Origin: a virus
Direction: 5' to 3' (one strand)
IMG/VR virus record: IMGVR_UViG_3300021961_007031
DNA length: 64,000 nt
Part shown: one piece after another, positions 47,024 to 57,042 of the stretch
Position numbering within the stretch: the stretch's first letter is position 1
How the letters are laid out: every line of letters begins with the position of its first letter
The notes under the pieces: model-generated
The model's database searches: none
What the model was told of the DNA's origin: nothing
What the model saw: the letters and a program-made list of their open reading frames with translations, nothing else
Made by a program: the position numbers and the translations under genes

Positions 47024-47617
47024 ATGAGAGACCTTATTGACAGATTAAAACTAATCGAAAATTTAGAAAAAGGCGTACAGCCAGACTTTCACTTTATGAT
47101 ATTAGAGGATGGCGAAATCTTTATAATGGAAGGTGATGCAGAAATACAAGCAGTTGTTGATGCAATTAGATCACTAGCAAAGACAGGTGAAGGTAGACAA
47201 ATTTCTCAAAATGTATTTGGTAAAGACCCAGATGATGTAACAGATGAAGAAATTTTCAACACACTAATTGCTCCAGGTTATCAAGCATTAAAGCCATTTA
47301 CTGGAATGATGAAACAAGGTTTAGACTCAGTACCTAGTGGCTACACCCCAAGTCAGATAGCAAAAGCTGGCACAACTCCTTTTGTTGGAGGCTTTGTACG
47401 AGACCAGATCAGAAAACAGATACCTAACCAGAAAGTTGATACAGGCCCAAATAATCTAGGAACAGTAGACATTGATGCTAGTGATCGTGATATTGAACGT
47501 GTATTACAAGCCTATAACAAATTGGGTAATACATTTCCTAAAGCAAAAGACATGTTAGACCAAAAAGATGTTGATGGTGCACTAAGGCAAGTTTACTCAA
47601 GAATGAAAGCAGACTAA
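47024..47617 (+). CDS. Hypothetical late protein
   Basis: MRDLIDRLKLIE|N; GATAAATA upstream. Confidence 0.55.
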   Translation: MRDLIDRLKLIENLEKGVQPDFHFMILEDGEIFIMEGDAEIQAVVDAIRSLAKTGEGRQISQNVFGKDPDDVTDEEIFNTLIAPGYQALKPFTGMMKQGLDSVPSGYTPSQIAKAGTTPFVGGFVRDQIRKQIPNQKVDTGPNNLGTVDIDASDRDIERVLQAYNKLGNTFPKAKDMLDQKDVDGALRQVYSRMKAD

Positions 47618-47934
47618 TGACTAGCTTAAGAAGAATTATAGATATTGTTGAACGTGCAGGCATGGAGTATGTTGCTAACCGTGACTTTACACTTGTAGCA
47701 AAAACTGTTAAGGATGATGTAACATATGCCTTAGGCAGAGTTGATCATGATTACGATGACAACCGCAAAGCTGATTATAGCATTTATAAGTTAGTACGAA
47801 CAGGTGGTTACGAATTCAAGGGTACCTTTTATCCTCAAGATTTCTACACAGAAGTGGAAAGTCTAGACCTAAGTCCATATGTAAAACCAACTGAAGCACA
47901 CAAAGCATTTAAATCCTGGGTAGAGCAACACTAA
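47617..47934 (+). CDS. Hypothetical protein
   Basis: MTSLRRIIDIVE|R. Confidence 0.55.
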   Translation: MTSLRRIIDIVERAGMEYVANRDFTLVAKTVKDDVTYALGRVDHDYDDNRKADYSIYKLVRTGGYEFKGTFYPQDFYTEVESLDLSPYVKPTEAHKAFKSWVEQH

Positions 47935-47937
47935 CGG

Positions 47938-47966
47938 TTGACACATTAGCACTAGAGTAGTATAAT
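47938..47966 (+). promoter_or_regulatory. Sigma70 promoter TTGACA-17-TATAAT
   Basis: Perfect consensus upstream of the replication operon. Confidence 0.9.
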
Positions 47967-47983
47967 TACACTATTATAAGGAG

Positions 47984-48253
47984 ATGTCAATGAGCTCAGA
48001 TAGAGTCTTTAACAGCGAAGAAAAAGCAAAACTTACCCAACTTATTAATGAAGGTCTTACTGTATTACAAGAAGTAGATGATCTTACAGAAGGTTTAAAC
48101 GATACTGTAAAGGCAATTGCAGAAGAAATGCAGATTAAGCCAGCAGTACTTAAGAAAGCAGTGCGTACAGCATACAAGTCAGACTTTGCTAAACATAGCG
48201 AAGATTTAGCATCTCTAGAAAACATCCTAGCAACGGTCGGCAAACTTCAGTGA
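47984..48253 (+). CDS. T4 DsbA-like / GapR-like dsDNA-binding protein
   Basis: Helical, D.VKAIAEE..IKP..L.KA...AYK; upstream of the DNA polymerase. Confidence 0.6.
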   Translation: MSMSSDRVFNSEEKAKLTQLINEGLTVLQEVDDLTEGLNDTVKAIAEEMQIKPAVLKKAVRTAYKSDFAKHSEDLASLENILATVGKLQ

Positions 48254-48474
48254 ACCAAAACAAACCTTACCAGCCCCTGGCATGGTTAGGAACTGCTGCA
48301 ATATTATGCGGATCAGTTCTTGCAGCCTTTAACGTTTTTCCTGTATACTTATATGTATTCCTTGTAGCAAATGCTATATGGGCTACAGTAGGTTGGTTGT
48401 GGCGTGAGTACAGTTTAGTTGTACTCAACGCCGGAATAACAGTAGTTTATCTTGCAGGATTGTTTTTTAAATAA
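48250..48474 (+). CDS. Small membrane protein (3 TM)
   Basis: W..VG.LW.E.SL..LN; similar to 22907-23125. Confidence 0.6.
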   Translation: MNQNKPYQPLAWLGTAAILCGSVLAAFNVFPVYLYVFLVANAIWATVGWLWREYSLVVLNAGITVVYLAGLFFK

Positions 48475-48490
48475 TTGTATAGGATTGTAA

Positions 48491-51142
48491 ATGTACGTTG
48501 ACGCTTATTTTGATAGAGAACATGACAGGATCAATGTTGTAGAACGTGTAAACGGCAGGAGAGAATATCGTGAATTTCCTGTCAACTACATCTTTTATTA
48601 CAACGATCCACGTGGCAAGCATCAGACTATCTATGGCAACAGAGTAAGCAGATTTAGTACCAGAAACGGTAAAGAGTTCCAGAAGGAACTTAAAATACAC
48701 GGCAATCATGGCCTTTGGGAAAGTGATATCAATCCAGTATTTCGTTGTTTAGCAGAGAACTATCTGGGCGTTGATGCTCCTAAACTACAAACAGCGTTTT
48801 TTGATATTGAGGTTGACTTTGACCCAGAACGTGGCTACAGTTCGCCGGATGATCCGTTTAACGCAATTACAGCAATTACAGTGTACATGGACTGGCTAGG
48901 ACAACTAGTCACACTTGCTATTCCTCCCAAGAGCATGAGTATGGAAACTGCAAAGGAAACTGTTGCAGAGTTTGATAACATGTTCTTGTTTGATAGAGAA
49001 GATAGGCTGCTAGAAGCATTCCTGGATCTCATAGAGGATGCGGATATCCTAAGTGGTTGGAACAGTGAGGGTTATGATATTCCCTACACAGTAAATCGTA
49101 TCACTAGAGTACTGAGCAAGGACGATACTAGGCGTTTTTGTTTATGGGGTCAACTGCCCAAGCAACGCACATTTGAGCGTTTTGGCAAAGAAGATAGTAC
49201 ATACGATATTATCGGCAGACAGCACTTGGATTACATGCAGTTGTATCGCAAGTACACCTATCATGAAATGCACAGTTACAGTTTGGATGCCATTGGCGAG
49301 TATGAACTTAATGAGCGTAAGGTTGCATATGAGGGCACACTGGACCAACTATACAACCAGGACTTTTACACATTTATTGACTATAACAGACAGGACACTA
49401 TGCTCCTGTACAAACTGGATCAAAAGTTAAAGTTTATTGATCTAGCAAACGAACTTGCTCATGCAAACACAGTGCTACTACCTACTACAATGGGCGCGGT
49501 TGCTGTTACAGAACAAGCAATTATTAACCACGCTCATGAGCAAGGGCTTGTTGTGCCCAACAAGAAAAAGCCAGACGAAGAACATAACAAAGCAGCAGGT
49601 GCGTATGTTGCAAAGCCCAAAGTAGGACTACATGACTGGATAGGCAGTATTGACTTGAACAGTCTGTATCCTAGTGTTATTAGGGCACTAAACATGGCAC
49701 CAGAAACCATTGTAGGACAACTGCGCCCTATCATAACTAACCAAGCCATACAAACAATCTTATCCCAGAAGGGCACATTTAGTGATGCTTGGGACGGCGA
49801 GTTTGGTAGCAAAGAATACCAAGCAGTTATGAACATGGAGGTGGGCACTGAAATTACTATTGACTGGGAAAGTGGTGACAGTGACACACTTAGCGCAGCA
49901 GATGTATGGCGTCTAGTTTTTGATAGTAACAACCCCTGGATACTAAGCGCAAACGGTACTATCCTAACCTATGAAAAGAAGGGCATTGTTCCTGGATTGC
50001 TTGAACGCTGGTACGCAGAGCGTAAAGAACTACAAGCAAAGATGCGCGGTGCTGAAGGTGAAGAACGAGCGTTCTGGGACAAGCGACAACTTGTTAAGAA
50101 GATTAACTTGAACAGTTTGTATGGTGCTATCCTTAATCCATACTGCCGCTTCTTTGACCATCGCATTGGACAGTCCACTACACTTACTGGCAGATGTATT
50201 GCCAAGCACATGAGTGCACAGGTAAACAAACTGCTAACTGACAAGTATGATCACTTGGGTGATTGTGTTATATATGGTGACACAGATAGTGTGTACTTTA
50301 GTGCTTGGCCAGTTATTAAAGAGCAAGTAGACGCTGGTAAGATGAAGTGGGGAAAGGATGAATGCATCGCACTCTATGACCAACTTGGTGAAGCAGTAAA
50401 CGAAACCTTTGCTGGTTTTATGGAACGGGCATTCCATTGTCCAAGAAGCTATGGCGAGATTGTTGCAGCAGCAAGAGAAATTGTAGCACTTAAAGGTTTG
50501 TTTATTACAAAGAAGCGTTATGCTGCACTTGTAATTGATACTGAAGGTTACCGCAGTGATACAGATGGCAAGCCCGGTAAAGTAAAAGCAATGGGATTGG
50601 ATCTCAAGCGCAGCGACACACCCAAATACATGCAGGACTTTTTAAGTGAACTGCTACTGGATGTGCTTACAGGTAAAGATAGCGAACATGTCGTAGAGCG
50701 TATTAAAGACTTCAAGTATCAGTTCAAGGACAAGCCAGGCTGGGAAAAGGGTACACCCAAGCGTGTAAACAACCTAACTATGTACACTGCACGAGAACGA
50801 GCAGAGGGCAAGGCTAATATGCCCGGGCATGTTAGAGCAGCAATGAACTGGAACTACTTACGGGCACTACACAATGATAACTACAGTCAACAAATTGTTG
50901 ATGGAATGAAGACCATTGTATGCAAACTTAAAGACAATCCACTGGGCTACACAAGCGTGGGCTATCCCACAGACGAAACCACACTTCCTAAATGGTTCAA
51001 GGAACTGCCCTTTGATGATGGCGCAATGGAAGATGCTATCGTGGACCAGAAGATCGATAACCTTCTCAGTGAACTAAACTGGAATCTTAAAGAAAAGACA
51101 CAAACTAAAAATACTTTTGACAGTTTATTCTCATTTGAGTAA
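48491..51142 (+). CDS. Family B DNA polymerase (T4 gp43-like)
   Basis: Exonuclease motifs FDIE, GWNSEGYDIPY, YNRQD; polymerase motifs DLNSLYPS, K..LNSLYG, YGDTDS, KKRY. Confidence 0.97.
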   Translation: MYVDAYFDREHDRINVVERVNGRREYREFPVNYIFYYNDPRGKHQTIYGNRVSRFSTRNGKEFQKELKIHGNHGLWESDINPVFRCLAENYLGVDAPKLQTAFFDIEVDFDPERGYSSPDDPFNAITAITVYMDWLGQLVTLAIPPKSMSMETAKETVAEFDNMFLFDREDRLLEAFLDLIEDADILSGWNSEGYDIPYTVNRITRVLSKDDTRRFCLWGQLPKQRTFERFGKEDSTYDIIGRQHLDYMQLYRKYTYHEMHSYSLDAIGEYELNERKVAYEGTLDQLYNQDFYTFIDYNRQDTMLLYKLDQKLKFIDLANELAHANTVLLPTTMGAVAVTEQAIINHAHEQGLVVPNKKKPDEEHNKAAGAYVAKPKVGLHDWIGSIDLNSLYPSVIRALNMAPETIVGQLRPIITNQAIQTILSQKGTFSDAWDGEFGSKEYQAVMNMEVGTEITIDWESGDSDTLSAADVWRLVFDSNNPWILSANGTILTYEKKGIVPGLLERWYAERKELQAKMRGAEGEERAFWDKRQLVKKINLNSLYGAILNPYCRFFDHRIGQSTTLTGRCIAKHMSAQVNKLLTDKYDHLGDCVIYGDTDSVYFSAWPVIKEQVDAGKMKWGKDECIALYDQLGEAVNETFAGFMERAFHCPRSYGEIVAAAREIVALKGLFITKKRYAALVIDTEGYRSDTDGKPGKVKAMGLDLKRSDTPKYMQDFLSELLLDVLTGKDSEHVVERIKDFKYQFKDKPGWEKGTPKRVNNLTMYTARERAEGKANMPGHVRAAMNWNYLRALHNDNYSQQIVDGMKTIVCKLKDNPLGYTSVGYPTDETTLPKWFKELPFDDGAMEDAIVDQKIDNLLSELNWNLKEKTQTKNTFDSLFSFE

Positions 51143-51163
51143 TATGCGTATATAAATATATGC

Positions 51164-52093
51164 ATGAGCCGGCTTCTTAAAAATCATAGTTTACTAGACG
51201 AATATAAAAGAAGAATTGCGCTGTTGCCTGTTGATATTACCGGGCAATTGGAAATTATTGAACAAACTATCAAGTCTCAGTTACCAAGGTGGAAAAATAC
51301 TGATAAGCATAATGCTATACTTCAAAGAGTGCAAGAGTTAGCAACTGCTCAGAATAATTTAAATTCTGCAATCCAAGATTTAACTCAAGAAATCCATAAT
51401 CTTTTAGTTGGAAAAGAAAAAAGAATAATTCAAAGAGACTATCAAAGAGTAGAAAAGCAGGTTGTTGAAGATGAAGACTTCATAATACGAAATAGTTGGC
51501 TTACTAACGAAATTAAAGATAAGTTAATGGGTTATATACATAACCATAGTGCTATTTGGCAACATGGTAGTTTGGAAATCAATCCAGGCGATGGATATTT
51601 TAGCACTATAATGAATGCAGCAGATCCCCAATACTGTATAGTTGCTAATAAACAAGTAGAACAAGTAATAAAAAGTAAATTTAATGAGTTTTACAGCAAT
51701 AGACGATTAAGATGCTATACCGATGTAGCACAGTTACCAGATAATGGTATAGGATTTTCTACATGTATAAATTTGTATGAGTATTTGCCTGTGGACAATA
51801 TAAAAGATATTAGTATGGCTACTTTTAATAAATTAAAGCCAGGTGGCAAATTTTTAATTACCTATAACGACTGCGAGCAGCGTTACAGTTTAGAAATGCT
51901 TGGCAACGATGCAAGATGTTTGGCTACCAAAAGTTTAATAGAAGGTTTACACTATGGCATAGGATATGACATATTAGAAGCAGGCAACACAAACGATGGT
52001 GTCTGGAGTTATATGTTATTACAAAAGCCAGGAACACTTACAAGCCAAAAAATGAATGCTCCTGCTATAGAATTTGTTGAAGAAAAAGTTTGA
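51164..52093 (+). CDS. Coiled coil plus degenerate class I methyltransferase-like protein
   Basis: LEINPGDG, KLKPGGKFL.TYN. Confidence 0.55.
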   Translation: MSRLLKNHSLLDEYKRRIALLPVDITGQLEIIEQTIKSQLPRWKNTDKHNAILQRVQELATAQNNLNSAIQDLTQEIHNLLVGKEKRIIQRDYQRVEKQVVEDEDFIIRNSWLTNEIKDKLMGYIHNHSAIWQHGSLEINPGDGYFSTIMNAADPQYCIVANKQVEQVIKSKFNEFYSNRRLRCYTDVAQLPDNGIGFSTCINLYEYLPVDNIKDISMATFNKLKPGGKFLITYNDCEQRYSLEMLGNDARCLATKSLIEGLHYGIGYDILEAGNTNDGVWSYMLLQKPGTLTSQKMNAPAIEFVEEKV

Positions 52094-52118
52094 CTCAACC
52101 CCTTTAACCAAGTATAAT
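52090..52118 (+). promoter_or_regulatory. Sigma70 promoter TTGACT-17-TATAAT
   Basis: Upstream of the sliding clamp gene. Confidence 0.8.
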
Positions 52119-52146
52119 AATCATATTATAAGCAAAGGATTTATCT

Positions 52147-52878
52147 ATGAAAGATTATCTATTAGATATTGTTAAGCATACACATAGTTTGGGTATTATT
52201 GATCTAGTAAAGATTACCGGAGACGATTCAAAGACAAGTATTGAAGGACTTGCAGAAGACCGTAGTGTAATTTTACAGGGCGAGTTCCATACGCCAGTTG
52301 CTGATTTTATTGGCACATTTGGTATGCCCAACCTAGACAAACTGGGCATTATACTACGCATTCCTGAATATGCAGATGATGCAAAGATTACTATCAATAC
52401 GCAAGAGCGTAACGGCGAAACAGTACCAGTAGGTGTTCATTTTGAGAACAAGGCTGGTGACTTCCAGAACACATACAGATTTATGAGCAGCGACATTGTA
52501 AACGATAAGCTCAAAAGTGTTACAATGAAACCGGTAAATTGGGGTGTAAATTTCCAACCCAGCATCGCAGGCATCCAACGCCTTAAGATGATGATTAGTG
52601 CTAACAGTGAGCAAAGCGTGTTCACTGCAAGAACAACTGGCAAAGATTTAACATTTGCATTTGGCGATGCTAGCACCCATGCTGGTGAGTTTGTGTTCCA
52701 ACCTGATGTTGGTGGCAGCCTTAGCAAAGCCTGGAGTTGGCCAGTGGATAGCATTAGCAAGATTCTAAGCCTAAGTGGCGACATCAGCTACAAGATAAGC
52801 GATGATGGCGTTAGCCAGATTACAGTTGATAGTGGTCTTGGTGTTTACAACTACCTACTTCCTGCTCAGACCAAGTAA
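52147..52878 (+). CDS. Sliding clamp (gp45/PCNA-like)
   Basis: 243 aa, two-domain alpha/beta pattern, ends Y.YLLPA; near PolB, with a clamp loader in the window. Confidence 0.65.
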   Translation: MKDYLLDIVKHTHSLGIIDLVKITGDDSKTSIEGLAEDRSVILQGEFHTPVADFIGTFGMPNLDKLGIILRIPEYADDAKITINTQERNGETVPVGVHFENKAGDFQNTYRFMSSDIVNDKLKSVTMKPVNWGVNFQPSIAGIQRLKMMISANSEQSVFTARTTGKDLTFAFGDASTHAGEFVFQPDVGGSLSKAWSWPVDSISKILSLSGDISYKISDDGVSQITVDSGLGVYNYLLPAQTK

Positions 52879-53504
52879 TGCATTTTGATGTAAAACTACT
52901 ACCGGTGTTAATTAATCCAGAACTAAATTGTATCTGGATTAATATACCCAAAAATGCTAGTAGTTTTATGCAAAAGATGTTACAGGATAATGGTTGGCGA
53001 GAACCAGATTCTAGTATTACTTCAAGTCTACTAAACAGTAATATCCGTAAATTTGCAATTTTACGCAATCCTGTAAAGAGATGGATCAGTGGATTTGCTG
53101 AGTGTTTTATGGATATGCCAGAGATGGTAAACATGTTAGATAATCCCGCATTCATAGAGGTTGTCCAGCGTTCACCAGTGTTTGATAATCATACTGAATT
53201 GCAGTGTACATTCATTCCTGATAGTAGGAATCTAGAGTACATTTTTATGGATAGTGATAGGCAACCTCAAGTCTTTTTTTCTACAGTAGACACATGGTTT
53301 AAAAATAATGGATACCAAAGTGATTGTCATTTCTGGCGAGATCCTGTCAATCCCAGTAGTAATGATCCGGTTAAAAAAGAAATAAACCGTATACTACAAA
53401 ACATGCATCAAAACAAACATTCATTATTTGATAGTTTGGATACCTTTTACCAATCTGATTATAACTTAATGAATGCTAGTAAGAGAATAAATTACGAATT
53501 ATAG
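52878..53504 (+). CDS. Sulfotransferase family-2-like protein
   Basis: IPKNASS (5'-PSB), RNP..RW.SG (3'-PB), H...Q, Y..DY. Confidence 0.75.
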   Translation: MHFDVKLLPVLINPELNCIWINIPKNASSFMQKMLQDNGWREPDSSITSSLLNSNIRKFAILRNPVKRWISGFAECFMDMPEMVNMLDNPAFIEVVQRSPVFDNHTELQCTFIPDSRNLEYIFMDSDRQPQVFFSTVDTWFKNNGYQSDCHFWRDPVNPSSNDPVKKEINRILQNMHQNKHSLFDSLDTFYQSDYNLMNASKRINYEL

Positions 53505-53515
53505 AAAGTGTAACA

Positions 53516-53704
53516 ATGGAAATTAAAGATCGTATTGCTATACTAGAAGAACAACATAGTAGATTAGCAACAGCCTGCGAAGAGTTAGAAAAATCAAGAC
53601 AATCTGATCGCAGAGAAGAAACAAAATTAAAGTTGTTAGATTTAAAGAAAAAGAAACTATCAGTCAAGGATGAGATAGCAGTTCTAAGAGGCAGTAATGG
53701 CTGA
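53516..53704 (+). CDS. Small coiled-coil protein (DUF465-like)
   Basis: L...H..L......LKKKKL..KDEI. Confidence 0.65.
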   Translation: MEIKDRIAILEEQHSRLATACEELEKSRQSDRREETKLKLLDLKKKKLSVKDEIAVLRGSNG

Positions 53705-54332
53705 AAGGTATTTTAGAGTTTACTTGTGGGGCTATGGTGGCGAACAGGTAGTAGGCTCAATTACTAAAGAGCAGTATGAATTTTGGAAGGATATTGATGA
53801 AGAATATCTAATCTCTCATGCTTTTTGGGATCCTTGGGATGCTGGCGATGATAATCCTGTATATGATGACACTGATCCAAGGTGGCTAGGTCAGTGGTAT
53901 GAACTAGATGACATCTTACATGAAAATGGTGTTAATGTTTCTACAGCACAGGTAACAATTGATGAATTGGAAGACGATGACTATGGTAGCAGAATCATTG
54001 ACACTGTTATAGCCAACATGGATTGGCAGCGGTTTGTTGATGAGTACTATATACAACTTCCAGAGCCCGACAATCAAGAAGACGCAATCTACGACGCTGA
54101 GTATACTTTTCACGGCACAAGCGTAGAAAAGGGCTGTTTTGGTGAATATTATATAAAAACTGATGGTGAAGATCTAAATATTAGTAAACTAGGTTTTTCC
54201 TTGACAATGACGCCAAATGAGGATATAATATTACAATTAACTGATTATGCAGGACAAGAGGTTGACAATGTTGGTGGTGATTCCAACGGAAAAGGTTATT
54301 ATGCTAATGTTTACTCAAGGGACGAAGATTAA
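53697..54332 (+). CDS. Acidic hypothetical protein
   Basis: GYGGE.V.G, S.EKG.F, G.S.GKG. Confidence 0.6.
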   Translation: MAERYFRVYLWGYGGEQVVGSITKEQYEFWKDIDEEYLISHAFWDPWDAGDDNPVYDDTDPRWLGQWYELDDILHENGVNVSTAQVTIDELEDDDYGSRIIDTVIANMDWQRFVDEYYIQLPEPDNQEDAIYDAEYTFHGTSVEKGCFGEYYIKTDGEDLNISKLGFSLTMTPNEDIILQLTDYAGQEVDNVGGDSNGKGYYANVYSRDED

Positions 54333-54784
54333 TGGCTGAAAGAGAAACCAACGACCAATATATGTTGCGTATGTTGCGTGAAGAGGGTTTAAAGCAACGA
54401 CTACGCACATCTAAAAAAATGATTTGGGTTACATTTCAAAAGGAAGGTATACACAAGTATCCTGCTGCACTGGAAGATCCTAAACTAGCAACCGGTGACG
54501 AATATGATGTAAGTTTCCTGGGTTATCCACACCGTCATATATTCCACTTCAAAGTTGCTATTGAAGTATTCCATGATGATAGAGATATTGAATTTATTCA
54601 GTTTAAAAGGTGGTTGACAAAATTATATGATCAGCGTACACTAGAACTTGATTATAAGTCATGCGAAATGATTAGTGATGACTTATATTTGCAGATACAG
54701 GAACGTTATCCTGGCCGTAATGTTGAAATTGAAGTTAGTGAAGACGGCGAAAACGGTAGTATAACTTTTTATAACAAGGACTAA
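54332..54784 (+). CDS. queD: QueD-like (6-carboxy-tetrahydropterin synthase / PTPS T-fold) protein
   Basis: EGIH, HRH, DRDIEF, SCEM, VSEDGENG; clustered with folE and a TGT-fold gene. Confidence 0.7.
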   Translation: MAERETNDQYMLRMLREEGLKQRLRTSKKMIWVTFQKEGIHKYPAALEDPKLATGDEYDVSFLGYPHRHIFHFKVAIEVFHDDRDIEFIQFKRWLTKLYDQRTLELDYKSCEMISDDLYLQIQERYPGRNVEIEVSEDGENGSITFYNKD

Positions 54785-54791
54785 AATTAAA

Positions 54792-55004
54792 ATGAAACCA
54801 CAAGTTTCAAAAGTATTTGACGATTTAGACGATTTCCTACGTTTTTGTAAGACGTTTGGACACCCTTATAACGAGGCTGACCTATACAACAACGATAGCG
54901 AAATATATCAGCAGTACCGTATGCTTAAAGAAGGCAAACGCATAAGTAATAATTGGATGCGTGATGCAAAGATTCATGGACACAGGATCTTTGGTAACCG
55001 TTAA
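54792..55004 (+). CDS. Hypothetical protein
   Basis: 70 aa, RBS. Confidence 0.6.
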   Translation: MKPQVSKVFDDLDDFLRFCKTFGHPYNEADLYNNDSEIYQQYRMLKEGKRISNNWMRDAKIHGHRIFGNR

Positions 55005-55309
55005 TGTCGGATCCAAGTCTTAAGTTTCCCAATGCAATTACAGTAAACGCCTCCAACTACACCGACAGGAAAAATCATCTTCCTGGCGAAGGTGGTGCTC
55101 TTAATGCTGGCTATACGCCCGTAGATGCATTATGTATGGTTAGCAATTTACTTGGCAGTCATGGTCTACGATATAATGTAGATTGGTGGTGGGATGGATT
55201 TGGTTACGGTGATTATACCATTAATGGTCCATCTTACACACTAAATTTAATGTTTGCTAAAGAAGAGCATCGTTTACTACTTGATTTGGGACTTAAGAAT
55301 GCAGGTTAG
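55004..55309 (+). CDS. Hypothetical protein
   Basis: 101 aa, coupled to both neighbours. Confidence 0.55.
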   Translation: MSDPSLKFPNAITVNASNYTDRKNHLPGEGGALNAGYTPVDALCMVSNLLGSHGLRYNVDWWWDGFGYGDYTINGPSYTLNLMFAKEEHRLLLDLGLKNAG

Positions 55310-56522
55310 TTTTATAGGGTTGGGCAAACTTGGTTTGCCATGTGCAGAGGAAATAGCAAAAAAAGGACACACTGTTCTGGGTTACGATGTAGCACCGGTA
55401 ACAAGCGAACTTGTAGACATCAAAGACACATTAGCGGAAGCAATAAAGTTTTCTAAGATTGTTTTTGTTGCTGTTCCTACTCCACACGAAGCCAATTATG
55501 ATGGCCGTGTACCAACGGCACATTTAGAACCCAAAGACTTCAACTACGACATTGTAAAACAAGTATTGCGTGAGTGTAATGAACTCATGTACTCTGCACA
55601 AATGATTGTGTTAATTTCTACAGTGCTTCCTGGCACAGTGCGTAGAGAATTCGTTCCATTAATTACAAATACACGTTTTGCGTACAACCCATATCTGATC
55701 GCAATGGGCAGCGTTGCCTGGGATTTTTTAAATCCTGAGATGGTTATGATTGGCACAGAGGGTGGCGATACTACATGGGATGCACAACTACTAGTAGACT
55801 TCTACAAAACAGTTATTGATAATGATCCACGCTTTGTAGTTGGTACTTGGGACGAATGCGAATGTATCAAAGTGTTTTACAACACATTTATCAGTACCAA
55901 AATTGGACTGGCAAATATGATACAGGATGTTGCAGTAAGGCAGGGCAATATCAATGTTGATGTGGTTACCCAGGCACTAGCAGAGTCAACTAAACGAATC
56001 ATGGGCCCGCAGTATATGACTGCAGGAATGGGTGATGGTGGTGCTTGCCATCCACGGGACAATATTGCCCTGCGCTACATGGCACAAGAACTAGATCTAG
56101 GTTATGATTTGTTTGATGCTATAATGAATGCAAGAGAAAAGCAAGCACACAACCTTGCAAAACATTTAGTGGATTTAGCAAACGAAAATGAGATGGAAAT
56201 CTATATACACGGCAAAGCATACAAGCCAGGTGTAGAATACATTGACGGAAGTTATAGTTTATTAATTGGACATTATGTACAAGAAATGGGCAAAAGTGTA
56301 ACATACATTGATCCATTGACTGGTGATAATAACGAACCCAAGCAACCTTGTGTAGTATTGTTAGCCCATAGTGCAAGTACAACATACAAATATATGCACC
56401 AGGAAAGCAATACAGATAAATTATATTGTGTGATACCCATGGGAAGCATAGTCGTAGACCCATGGCGCAAGTTCCAAAGTCACGCAAGCAAGGTAATACA
56501 TTATGGCAATACGCGAGTCTAA
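55299..56522 (+). CDS. UDP-glucose/GDP-mannose 6-dehydrogenase family protein
   Basis: GLGKLG, VAVPTP, STV.PGT, K..YN, GDGGACHPRD, AYKP. Confidence 0.9.
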   Translation: MQVSFIGLGKLGLPCAEEIAKKGHTVLGYDVAPVTSELVDIKDTLAEAIKFSKIVFVAVPTPHEANYDGRVPTAHLEPKDFNYDIVKQVLRECNELMYSAQMIVLISTVLPGTVRREFVPLITNTRFAYNPYLIAMGSVAWDFLNPEMVMIGTEGGDTTWDAQLLVDFYKTVIDNDPRFVVGTWDECECIKVFYNTFISTKIGLANMIQDVAVRQGNINVDVVTQALAESTKRIMGPQYMTAGMGDGGACHPRDNIALRYMAQELDLGYDLFDAIMNAREKQAHNLAKHLVDLANENEMEIYIHGKAYKPGVEYIDGSYSLLIGHYVQEMGKSVTYIDPLTGDNNEPKQPCVVLLAHSASTTYKYMHQESNTDKLYCVIPMGSIVVDPWRKFQSHASKVIHYGNTRV

Positions 56523-57042
56523 GTGGCACATAGGCTATATAGATCCCTTTTGGGATAATGCACATCATATTTTAGATTATGAGTCTGAAACGTTTAACAA
56601 TTCAGACGACATTATAAGTTGGATGGAAAAAGGGTATACTGCACCGTATGTAGGTGATTTATGCGACATGCGTAAACTACAAACATGGTATGCTACAGAC
56701 TTAACACAAATTTTTACAAACATCTATGGCATTCAGGATGTTGGTACAAGTTTCTACAGAATGAGAACAGGCGTAGTTCTACCCCCACACCGCGATACCT
56801 ACAAAAAATATCGTGAATTGTTTAATGTAGAATTACATGAAATCCAACGTATCGTAGTTTTCCTTGAAGATTGGCAATCCGGACATTACTTTGAAATAGA
56901 AGGCAAGCCGATTGTAAGTTGGAAACGAGGCGATTACATATGGTGGCGTGGTGACGCAGAACATATGGCCGCTAATATTGGCGATCGTGACAGATACACT
57001 TTACAAATAACAGGACACGATGGATTACAACGTTTTAAATGA
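56503..57042 (+). CDS. 2OG-Fe(II) oxygenase (Asp/Asn beta-hydroxylase-like)
   Basis: PPHRD, H.AAN.G...R..LQITG. Confidence 0.7.
   Translation: MAIRESKWHIGYIDPFWDNAHHILDYESETFNNSDDIISWMEKGYTAPYVGDLCDMRKLQTWYATDLTQIFTNIYGIQDVGTSFYRMRTGVVLPPHRDTYKKYRELFNVELHEIQRIVVFLEDWQSGHYFEIEGKPIVSWKRGDYIWWRGDAEHMAANIGDRDRYTLQITGHDGLQRFK

Noticed and set aside
48491-51142. Intein or intron in the DNA polymerase
   Set aside because: Continuous 883-aa ORF with normally spaced motifs and no splice-junction signatures
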